In this document: one piece after another, positions 8,706 through 17,056 of the stretch
How positions within the stretch are numbered: position 1 is the first letter of the stretch
How the letters are laid out: the number at the start of each line of letters is the position of its first letter
Assembly (NCBI GenBank): GCA_902599955.1
Contig: CACKHK010000002.1
Span: 26,595 to 90,594 of the forward strand
From: an uncultured Pelagibacteraceae bacterium
GTDB taxonomy: Bacteria > Pseudomonadota > Alphaproteobacteria > Pelagibacterales > Pelagibacteraceae
Length of the DNA stretch: 64,000 nt
Reading direction: 5' to 3'
The notes under the pieces: model-generated
What the model saw: the letters and a program-made list of their open reading frames with translations, nothing else
Databases searched by the model: none
What the model was told of the DNA's origin: nothing
Translations under genes and position numbers: made by a program

Positions 8706-9650
8706 ATGGTAAATAAAGATTTAAAAGTTGCTGTTCTTGGTGCAGGTGCAATGGGATGTTTGTTTGGAGGTTTGCTTGCAGAAAAAGGATTAGATGTAAC
8801 TCTGATTGATGTTTGGAAAGAACATGTAGAAACCTTAAATAAAAAAGGCCTTAAGATGGATGGTCATGGTGGCGATAGATTTATAAAAGTAACAGCAACA
8901 TCAGATCCATCTACAATTGGAAAAGTAGATGCTGTAATAGTAATGTGTAAAGCAACAGCTCTAGAACCTGCTTTAAAAAGTATTAAAAACATTATTGGAG
9001 ATAAAACAGTTTTTATGTCTTTTCAAAATGGAATTGGGCATGAAGCAATAATTAAAAGTATTGTAGGCGATGAAAAAGTAATTGGGGGAACAACAACTCA
9101 AGCATCAAATATTTTAGGCCCTGGTCATATTATGAATCATGCAGCTCTACCTTCGTGGATTGGAGAATATGATGGTGGAATAACAGATAGAATAACAGAA
9201 ATTGCAGATACATTTACTGCACATAATTTAGAAATGATTGCAGCTGAGGATGTAAAAAAAAGAAAATGGATGAAACTTTTTGCTTTAACCGCAATAGGGC
9301 CACTTTCAGCTATTTTTGATCTACATCATACTGATCTTTACATAAATAATAATGCCAACGACGTATCTAGAAATTTAGGTAAAGAAATTATTTTAGAAAC
9401 AAGAGAAGTTGCTTTAGCAGATGGTGTTAATGTTTCTGAAGATGAGTGTTTATTTATGTTTAATAAAATTGTTGATTCAAAACAAACAAATAAGTCCTCA
9501 ATGGCTTTTGATGTACTTTACAAAAGAAAAACTGAAATTGATTTCATAAGTGGAGCTGTATCTAAAATAGGAAAAAAACATGGAATAGCTACACCATTAA
9601 ATGATCTTATGTACAAAATGATTAAAGTAAAAGAGGGTATGTACAGCTAA
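8706..9650 (+). CDS. PanE/ApbA family 2-ketoacid reductase with altered substrate site
   Basis: GAGAMG, FQNGIG, WMKL, SSM..D and TEIDFISG motifs. Confidence 0.85.
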   Translation: MVNKDLKVAVLGAGAMGCLFGGLLAEKGLDVTLIDVWKEHVETLNKKGLKMDGHGGDRFIKVTATSDPSTIGKVDAVIVMCKATALEPALKSIKNIIGDKTVFMSFQNGIGHEAIIKSIVGDEKVIGGTTTQASNILGPGHIMNHAALPSWIGEYDGGITDRITEIADTFTAHNLEMIAAEDVKKRKWMKLFALTAIGPLSAIFDLHHTDLYINNNANDVSRNLGKEIILETREVALADGVNVSEDECLFMFNKIVDSKQTNKSSMAFDVLYKRKTEIDFISGAVSKIGKKHGIATPLNDLMYKMIKVKEGMYS

Positions 9651-10526
9651 ATGCTGAAAATTAATAAACTAAAGAAGGTTAAATCAAACTTTCCCATTAT
9701 TGTAGGAGAAAAAATAATCAGTAAAAAAATATGTAATTATTTGATTAATGAGATTAGTAAATCAAAAAATTTTGACGATATGATTATGGGAGGCAGGAGT
9801 AGAATTAATAAAGGATCAAAAAATTTCAACAAATATATTTCAAGTTCTAAAATTTCAAAAAAACTTTTTTCAATTTTTAATTCACAATCATTTTATAATA
9901 AAATTGATAAAAAATTTAAAACTGAGTTTGAAAATAATACATGGCAAAGTTTATTCAAACCCAAAACATTCAATAAAAAAAAATATACCTTGAAAAGAAA
10001 AGTAAATTCAATTGAACTCAAAAAGTTATTGGGAAGTAATTATAAGAGTCCAATATTAAATTTAGATATAGATTTTTCAGTATCTAAAGGAGGGTATAGA
10101 TTAAGACCACATAGAGATGATATAAATAGAATGTATAATTTTTTGATCTATTTAACTGATATACCAAAAAAAAATGGAGGTTCTCTTACACTTTATAAAA
10201 AAAAAGCAAACAAGAATTTAAGAAAAAAATTTAGAAGATTTCCAAAAATTAATGAACTTAGTAAAGTAAAGGAGTTTACCCCAAAAAAAGGAAGTGTTAT
10301 TTTCTTTAAATCTACTCCTAATTCTTATCATGGAGTAACACGATTTAAGGAAAAAAACTGTCCAAAAAGATTTTTTATTTATGGAAGCTATGCATTTAAT
10401 AAACCTGTTATATGGAAATATAAAAATTTTGAATATCACCCTTATATAGTTGCGACTAAAAAAAGAATGCTCACATCTTTTCATGATTCAAATTATCTGC
10501 TAAAATCTAGTACTCATGCAAACTAA
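9651..10526 (+). CDS. 2OG-Fe(II) oxygenase superfamily protein
   Basis: PHRD...LIYL...GGSL...NSYHGV...R facial-triad pattern. Confidence 0.8.
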   Translation: MLKINKLKKVKSNFPIIVGEKIISKKICNYLINEISKSKNFDDMIMGGRSRINKGSKNFNKYISSSKISKKLFSIFNSQSFYNKIDKKFKTEFENNTWQSLFKPKTFNKKKYTLKRKVNSIELKKLLGSNYKSPILNLDIDFSVSKGGYRLRPHRDDINRMYNFLIYLTDIPKKNGGSLTLYKKKANKNLRKKFRRFPKINELSKVKEFTPKKGSVIFFKSTPNSYHGVTRFKEKNCPKRFFIYGSYAFNKPVIWKYKNFEYHPYIVATKKRMLTSFHDSNYLLKSSTHAN

Positions 10527-11505
10527 CAGCAAACTAAAGAAAATTTTAGATAGAGATGGATACCTTAGGGTAAAAAATATTCTTAATTTCAATAAAGATT
10601 TAAAACCTATTTTAAACGATATGGAATATGTAATGGACAATCTAATTAATAAGTTTGCACCCAGACATATGAGAGAAAAAGTTTTTAAATATGATTTTAA
10701 AAGAAAATATACCTATATATCAAAATTAAATATTTATGATCTTGACCAACATTTTAATACCAGACTACCAAGAGATAATGTGAAAAAAGATAGTGATTAC
10801 TTTGCATCACAATCTTTATGGAACTTAATAAACCATAAAAAAATTTTAGATGTTGTAGAACAATTATTAGGATCTGAGATTCTTTCTAATCCTGTTCAGA
10901 ATACAAGAATTAAACAACCGGAAAGTAAACTGCCTAGACACTCTGTTCATGATGGACTTTCAGGTAGAACTCCTTGGCACCAAGACGCAGCAGTATTATC
11001 ATCTGTTGGACAAAGATTGACAGATATGGTGACCGTTTGGATACCATTTACAAAAACTACCAAAAATAACGGATGCATGATTACCGTTAAAGAAATAAAT
11101 AAACTGGGTTTATTAAATCATGTGTCTGGATATAAAGGTCAGGTCGAGATAAAAGGTAGTAAATTACTTGATAAATTTAAGCCAATTTTTTTGGAAGCAA
11201 ATGTGGGTGATATAATTATTTTACACAAACACTCAATACATTGTTCTTTACCTAATAGATCTAACGATTTTAGAATAAGTGCTGACTTAAGATATAACAG
11301 AGCTGGAACCCCATCTGGTAGAAAGCCTCTACCAAATTTTTACGTTAGAAGTAGAAATAAAAAAAATATTACTATTCATAATTATAAGCAATGGATCTCT
11401 TTATGGGAGAAAGCGAAAAATAAATGTATACCTAGAAAATACGCATTTAAATATCCTCTTCCAACATTTAAAAATAGTAAAAGAGATCTTGCTAGATTAA
11501 TATAA
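10516..11505 (+). CDS. PhyH (phytanoyl-CoA dioxygenase) family protein
   Basis: TPWHQD, TVWIP, NGCM, IHCS.PN.S..FRISADLRY motifs. Confidence 0.85.
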   Translation: MQTNSKLKKILDRDGYLRVKNILNFNKDLKPILNDMEYVMDNLINKFAPRHMREKVFKYDFKRKYTYISKLNIYDLDQHFNTRLPRDNVKKDSDYFASQSLWNLINHKKILDVVEQLLGSEILSNPVQNTRIKQPESKLPRHSVHDGLSGRTPWHQDAAVLSSVGQRLTDMVTVWIPFTKTTKNNGCMITVKEINKLGLLNHVSGYKGQVEIKGSKLLDKFKPIFLEANVGDIIILHKHSIHCSLPNRSNDFRISADLRYNRAGTPSGRKPLPNFYVRSRNKKNITIHNYKQWISLWEKAKNKCIPRKYAFKYPLPTFKNSKRDLARLI

Positions 11506-11520
11506 TTTCATTTTTAAATT

Positions 11521-12477
11521 ATGAAAAAAATTCTCATAGTCCAACCTATTCATGAAAAAGGTATGGAATTATTAAAAAGTAATAGTAACTATGCTTATGA
11601 GGTAGTTGAGGATTTAAGCGTTGAAAACGTTAAACAAAAAATTATAAATGCTGATGCAGTGTCTTTAAGAACATCAATTTTGCCTGCAGAAGCAATTGAA
11701 AATGCAAAAAAACTTAAAATAATTTCTAGACATGGAGTTGGTTACGACAATATTGATTTAGATAGCTGTAAAAAAAGAAATATCGATGTGGCGATAACTG
11801 CAACAGCAAACGCTGTAGCAGTTGCAGAACATGTTCTTTTCATGCTTTTAAGTATATCAAAAAGAAAAAATATGTATGATCAATCAGTCAAAAGTGGAAA
11901 ATTTACTGAGAGAAATAAACTGCCAAAAACAATAGAGATTTGGAACAAAAATATTCTTATAGCTGGTTTTGGAAGAATTGGAAAAGCATTGATTAAAAGA
12001 TGTTTAGGATTTGAAATGAATGTTTTTGTTTATGATCCATTTGTAGATGCAGAAACAATAAGCAAAATGGGTGGAAAAAAAGTTGAAGATTTATCAGAAA
12101 CTATAAAAGATATGGATGCTGTGTCACTCCATATACCTTTAACTGATCAAACTAAAAATATCATAAATTATGAACTTCTTAAGACTATGAAAAAAAATTG
12201 CATCATCATAAATGCTGCAAGAGGTGGAATTATAAATGAGAAAGACTTAGATAGAGCATTAAAGGAGAACCTAATTTTTGGAGCAGGTATCGATGTATTT
12301 GAAGTAGAGCCCCCGGAAGCTGACAATCCATTATTAAAAAATGAAAAAGTTTTCCTTAGCCCTCATGCAGCAGCATTTACTGAAGAGTGCATGACTAGAA
12401 TGGCAATAGAAACTATACAAAATATTTTTGATTTTTTTGATGGTAAACTTGAAGATAGTAAAAAAGTAAAATTATAG
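11521..12477 (+). CDS. D-3-phosphoglycerate dehydrogenase-like hydroxyacid dehydrogenase (no ACT domain)
   Basis: RHGVGYDNID, GFGRIG, INAARGG, DVFEVEP, SPHAA motifs. Confidence 0.88.
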   Translation: MKKILIVQPIHEKGMELLKSNSNYAYEVVEDLSVENVKQKIINADAVSLRTSILPAEAIENAKKLKIISRHGVGYDNIDLDSCKKRNIDVAITATANAVAVAEHVLFMLLSISKRKNMYDQSVKSGKFTERNKLPKTIEIWNKNILIAGFGRIGKALIKRCLGFEMNVFVYDPFVDAETISKMGGKKVEDLSETIKDMDAVSLHIPLTDQTKNIINYELLKTMKKNCIIINAARGGIINEKDLDRALKENLIFGAGIDVFEVEPPEADNPLLKNEKVFLSPHAAAFTEECMTRMAIETIQNIFDFFDGKLEDSKKVKL

Positions 12478-13374
12478 TTTATCAATCTCTAAATTTGATT
12501 TCTTTAAAGTATCTGTAATGTATTTATAACCCATAATTGCATACTCAAGAGGATTTGCTTTTTTTGGATCTTGCTCAGCCTCCACTACCAGCCAACCCTG
12601 GTAATTATTTTTTTTCAAAATATCAAACAAAGGTTTATAGTCGATACAACCATCGCCAGGTACAGTAAAAGCACCCGCTAAAAAAGCATCCCTAAAACTT
12701 AAATCTTCAGAAAGGGCTTTATTCAACACTTCTTCTCTAATATCTTTGCAGTGAATATGGATTACTCTTTCTTTATATTTATTGATTATATTAATAGAGT
12801 TTCCTCTAGCAAATAACATATGACCGGTATCTAAAGTTAATTTTACACTGTCATTTGTATTTTCTAGCAATCTAATAGTTTCTTCTTCCGTTTCTATTAC
12901 TGTACCCATATGATGGTGATATGCTAATGGCATGCCCTCGTCTTCGAGATATCTTGCAAGTTCAGATATTTTTATACAATAATCTTTCCATTCATCATTG
13001 GACATTTTTGGTCTACTTGAGAGTTTTTTTGTTGGATCGCCTTGTATTGATTCAAAAACTTCAGCAAATACAATACATGGAGCTTCGCAGTCTTTAAATA
13101 ATTGAAGTTGGTTTTGAATTAATTTTTTTTCTTCTTCAACAGAATTTTTTCTAAGATTTCCGCTGTACCATCCAGAACATAATTTTAAATTATACTTATC
13201 TAGTTTTGGTAATAATTCCTTAGATGTTTTAGGAAATTTGCCACCTGACTCTATACCTATATATCCAGCCTGACTTGCTTCCGATAAACATTGTTCTAGA
13301 GGAGTATCTCCACCAAGTTCAGGCATGTCATCATTACTCCACGCTATTGGTGCTATCCCTAATTTTACTGACAT
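12472..13374 (-). CDS. iolE: myo-inosose-2 dehydratase
   Basis: IAPIAWSNDDMPELGG, YHHHMGT, LDTGH, VVEAEQDP motifs. Confidence 0.95.
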   Translation of the reverse strand: MSVKLGIAPIAWSNDDMPELGGDTPLEQCLSEASQAGYIGIESGGKFPKTSKELLPKLDKYNLKLCSGWYSGNLRKNSVEEEKKLIQNQLQLFKDCEAPCIVFAEVFESIQGDPTKKLSSRPKMSNDEWKDYCIKISELARYLEDEGMPLAYHHHMGTVIETEEETIRLLENTNDSVKLTLDTGHMLFARGNSINIINKYKERVIHIHCKDIREEVLNKALSEDLSFRDAFLAGAFTVPGDGCIDYKPLFDILKKNNYQGWLVVEAEQDPKKANPLEYAIMGYKYITDTLKKSNLEIDKL

Positions 13375-13403
13375 ATTTTTTTTATTTGCTAAGATATTTG
13401 ATC

Positions 13404-14549
13404 ATGAGATTAATTAAAGGCAAAAAAATCAAATTAGGCATTGTTGGTGGTGGCCCAAAATCATGGATAGGACATGTCCATAGAATTTCCTCAAGATTTG
13501 ATGACGAATATGAAATTGTCTCAGGAGTTTTTTCAAGAAATTCAAATATTTCAAAGACTTTTGGAAAAAAAATAGGAATTGATAAAGATAGATGTTACTC
13601 AAATTATCAAGAAATGGCTTATAAAGAAGCTCTAAGACCTGATGGTATTGAGGTTGTAGCGATTATGACTCCACCTTCAAGTCACCAAATTATTGCAGAA
13701 AAATTTATAGACAAAAATATTCACATAATATCTGACAAGCCATTTGCAGGTGATCTATCACAAGCAAAAAAACTTTTTAAAAAAATTAAATCAAATAAAA
13801 ATATAAAATATGCATTAACTCATAATTATTCAGCATATCCGATGGTTAGAGAAGCAAAAGTATTGGTCGAAAAAGGGAAAATAGGAAAAGTTGAATATGT
13901 AAATGTAGAGTATGTTCAAGATTGGACTGATGGAAAAACAGTTAATAAAAATAATGCAAAAAAAATATTAAAATGGAAAATAAATAAAAAAATAGTTGGA
14001 ACCTCGGCGGTTTTAAATGAGATTGGATCTCACGGTTATCACATAGCATGCTATGTTTCTGGATTAAAAGGTAGAAATGTATTTGCTGATATCAAACAAG
14101 TTTCAAAAACTGTTAAAATGGATAACAATGCTCAAGTAATGATCAACTTTAATAAAAATGCAAAAGGCTTACTTTGGACAAGTGTTATGGCAAGAGGCGG
14201 TGTTTATGGTTTAAGATTTAGGATTTTTGGCACAAAAGGCAGCATAGAATGGGTTCAAAATGATCCAGGTTATCTTAAATTTAATCCATTAAAAGGCGCT
14301 GTAAAATTTTTAGAAAGAGGTTTTTTTAATGCAGAATTATCTAAAAAATTTTCAAGAATTAAATTTGGACATCCAGAGGGTTATCTAGATGCTTTTGCAA
14401 ACATTTATAAAGAATTTGCAGAATCATTAAGAACAAAAGCTAAAAAAAGGTGGTTTTTTCCAAATGAATATGAAGGGTTGGAAACCGCAAAGTTTATTGA
14501 AGCGTGTAAAATTTCAAATAAAAGAAAAGCGTGGACAAAAATAAAATAA
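13404..14549 (+). CDS. Gfo/Idh/MocA family oxidoreductase (inositol-cluster type)
   Basis: GIVGGG...IGHVHR, SDKP, HNYSAYPMVR, GHPEGY motifs; start moved to ATG 13404. Confidence 0.88.
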   Translation: MRLIKGKKIKLGIVGGGPKSWIGHVHRISSRFDDEYEIVSGVFSRNSNISKTFGKKIGIDKDRCYSNYQEMAYKEALRPDGIEVVAIMTPPSSHQIIAEKFIDKNIHIISDKPFAGDLSQAKKLFKKIKSNKNIKYALTHNYSAYPMVREAKVLVEKGKIGKVEYVNVEYVQDWTDGKTVNKNNAKKILKWKINKKIVGTSAVLNEIGSHGYHIACYVSGLKGRNVFADIKQVSKTVKMDNNAQVMINFNKNAKGLLWTSVMARGGVYGLRFRIFGTKGSIEWVQNDPGYLKFNPLKGAVKFLERGFFNAELSKKFSRIKFGHPEGYLDAFANIYKEFAESLRTKAKKRWFFPNEYEGLETAKFIEACKISNKRKAWTKIK

Positions 14550-15541
14550 AAATTGCTTTGCTTGGTCTCGGCAGAATTGGCCAAATGCATGCAAAAAATT
14601 TAATCGAAAATAGAGAATTTAAATTAAAATATATCTTTGACCTAAACAAAGATTTATTAAAAAAAATATCTAATAAATATAATGTCACTTTAATAAATAA
14701 GCCTGATCTAGCTTTCAATGATAAAGACATTGACTGTATATTTATTGCGTCAAGCACACCTACGCATTTAAAATTTATTGAGCAAGGTGTAAAACTAAAT
14801 AAAATTATTTTTTGTGAAAAACCATTAGATCTGAATATAAAAAAAATTAATTCTTGTCTAAAAAGAATAAAAAAATTTAAACCAAGAGTGCAAATAGGCT
14901 TCAATAGGAGATATGACGTTGGACACCATTCATTAAAAAAACACCTAAAACAAAAAATTGGACGATTAGAAAAAATTATAATTACTAGTCGGGATCCTTC
15001 TCCTCCTTCGTTTAAATATCTAAAAACTTCAGGTGGGATATTTAAAGATATGATGATTCACGATTTTGATCTTGCAAGATATTATTTAGGAAAAGACGAA
15101 TTCCAATCAATTTTTGCTATGGGCAGTAACTTATCGGATAAACGTTTTAATAAAATTAATGATTATGAATTGGCAACTACAATACTCAAATCCAAAAAAG
15201 GGGTTCAATGTATTATAACAAATTCAAGACATTGTAGCTTTGGATATGATCAAAGAGTAGAATTATTTGGAAATAAAGGAATGCTAGTTTCAGACAATAA
15301 AAGAAACGATGAAATAAATTATTTTTCAAAAAGCTCAACAAACAGTAAATCACCTCTTCTTCACTTCTTTATTGAGAGATATTCTGAGGCTTTTAAACTT
15401 CAATTATTCGATCTAGCAAAATTTTGTAGAAAAAATATAAAACCTAGAGCAGTTTTTGAAGATGGAAGAAAATCAATTATATTGGCAGAGGGAGCAATGA
15501 ACTCTATAAAGTCGAAAAAGTTTGAAAAACTAATTTATTGA
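14531..15541 (+). CDS. iolG: myo-inositol 2-dehydrogenase
   Basis: GLGRIG, FCEKP, GFNRRYD, SRDP, SGGIFKDMMIHDFD, GYDQRVE motifs. Confidence 0.9.
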   Translation: MDKNKIKIALLGLGRIGQMHAKNLIENREFKLKYIFDLNKDLLKKISNKYNVTLINKPDLAFNDKDIDCIFIASSTPTHLKFIEQGVKLNKIIFCEKPLDLNIKKINSCLKRIKKFKPRVQIGFNRRYDVGHHSLKKHLKQKIGRLEKIIITSRDPSPPSFKYLKTSGGIFKDMMIHDFDLARYYLGKDEFQSIFAMGSNLSDKRFNKINDYELATTILKSKKGVQCIITNSRHCSFGYDQRVELFGNKGMLVSDNKRNDEINYFSKSSTNSKSPLLHFFIERYSEAFKLQLFDLAKFCRKNIKPRAVFEDGRKSIILAEGAMNSIKSKKFEKLIY

Positions 15542-15544
15542 AAT

Positions 15545-16438
15545 TTAAATTCCTTCTATTTTTTTGTCTCCTGATTTTTTGACAAAATATATTCCAAGAA
15601 TAACAATAAATAATGAAATTAATATTTTTGAAGTAACTAATTCATTAAGAAATAAGTATCCAAGAATTACTCCAAATATTGGTATTAAATAAGCGACCTG
15701 GCTTTGAAAAACTAAACCGTTTCTTTTCAATATCATAAATCTCAATAACCAAGCTATACCAGTAGGAAATACTCCAAGATATATTAAAGACAAAGTTGAC
15801 TCTAATGATGGATTTAAATTCCAAGGTTGCTCTATAATTAAAGAAATTGGGCAAACAAATATTGTTCCCCAAATTAATATTGATGCAGTAACATTTTCAT
15901 TTTTTTTATGACTTATTTTTAAAGTTAATATTCCACCAATTACATAAAATGTTGAACCAACTAATATCATTAATGCAGAAAATAAATTTTCATCATTAAT
16001 TAGTAGATTTTCAGAAAAAAGGTAAACTATTCCTAAAAATCCTAAAATTATTCCTAATATTTTAACTAAATTTATTTTTTCTTTATCTATAAATAAATGA
16101 GCTAAAATAGTTGCACTGATAGGAGTGGTGGACATTAATATTGCTGCTAAATTACTTTGAACTTTTTGTACTCCATAAGCAATTAAAAAAAATGGAATAA
16201 CTAAGTTAATAATACCAATTGCAGCAAACCATTTCCAATCTTTTGAAAAGACTTCAATTTTAATTTTTTTATAAAAACATAACAATAATACTGGGATCAT
16301 TCCAAAAAAAATCCTTAAAAATGCAATTGTTATTGGACCATAAGAGTAAGTAGCAATTTTAATATTGAAAAAGGCTGAAGCCCATATCAGTGACAGCAAA
16401 ACTAATATGAAATAATCAGATGTTTTGGGTGAAGTCAT
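15545..16438 (-). CDS. EamA/DMT family transporter
   Basis: About ten hydrophobic helices in two EamA-like repeats. Confidence 0.85.
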   Translation of the reverse strand: MTSPKTSDYFILVLLSLIWASAFFNIKIATYSYGPITIAFLRIFFGMIPVLLLCFYKKIKIEVFSKDWKWFAAIGIINLVIPFFLIAYGVQKVQSNLAAILMSTTPISATILAHLFIDKEKINLVKILGIILGFLGIVYLFSENLLINDENLFSALMILVGSTFYVIGGILTLKISHKKNENVTASILIWGTIFVCPISLIIEQPWNLNPSLESTLSLIYLGVFPTGIAWLLRFMILKRNGLVFQSQVAYLIPIFGVILGYLFLNELVTSKILISLFIVILGIYFVKKSGDKKIEGI

Positions 16439-16914
16439 TCTACAATATCTTTTACTGTTCCATTGGTTAAATTAAGCAGTTCATCAAAATTTATTTTGAA
16501 AATACAGTTTGGATGTCCTGCTGCGGCATATAAATTTTTAAATCTATTTAAAGACTCATCAACAAGAATTTCTAATTTATTTTTATGGCCTACTGGTGAT
16601 ACTCCTCCGATAGTATATCCTGTTTGATCTTTAACCTCATCTGGAGAGGCCATGCTCAAATCTTTACTATTAAAAATTTTTTTTAATTTATTTAATGAAC
16701 ATCTTTTATCGCCAGATACTAAGCAGAGTAAAAAATTTCCCTCATTCCTAAATAATAAACTTTTTACAATTGAACCAACTTCAGTATTTAATGAATTTGC
16801 AGCATCATTTGCTGTTCTTGCGGTTTGCTCTAATTCAATTACCTTTATTTCACTATTAAACTTTTTTAATGCTTCTTTTGCTCTTTTAACTGGTTCTTTA
16901 TTAAGTGCCGACAT
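16435..16914 (-). CDS. YbaK/EbsC family aminoacyl-tRNA deacylase-like protein
   Basis: IVKSL, TGYTIGGVSPVG, AAAG motifs. Confidence 0.9.
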   Translation of the reverse strand: MSALNKEPVKRAKEALKKFNSEIKVIELEQTARTANDAANSLNTEVGSIVKSLLFRNEGNFLLCLVSGDKRCSLNKLKKIFNSKDLSMASPDEVKDQTGYTIGGVSPVGHKNKLEILVDESLNRFKNLYAAAGHPNCIFKINFDELLNLTNGTVKDIVE

Positions 16915-17056
16915 TAGTACAACTCTTGATTGATTGAAAAATTGCGATTTTTAAGGTTAATATACATGTAATTAAAGCATAACTGATATCTATTTTATAG
17001 ACATTATTTATCTTTTCTTAACTGATAAGAGAACAAGAAAATTTATAGGAGATAAT

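Noticed and set aside
6390-9650. Reading panB plus panE as a pantothenate biosynthesis cluster
   Set aside because: panC and panD are not in the window, and key active-site residues differ in both proteins.
15545-17056. Mobile-element boundary (integrase, tRNA, att repeat) at the island edge
   Set aside because: No integrase, transposase, tRNA or flanking direct repeat was seen; no CRISPR-like periodic repeats were seen anywhere in the window.
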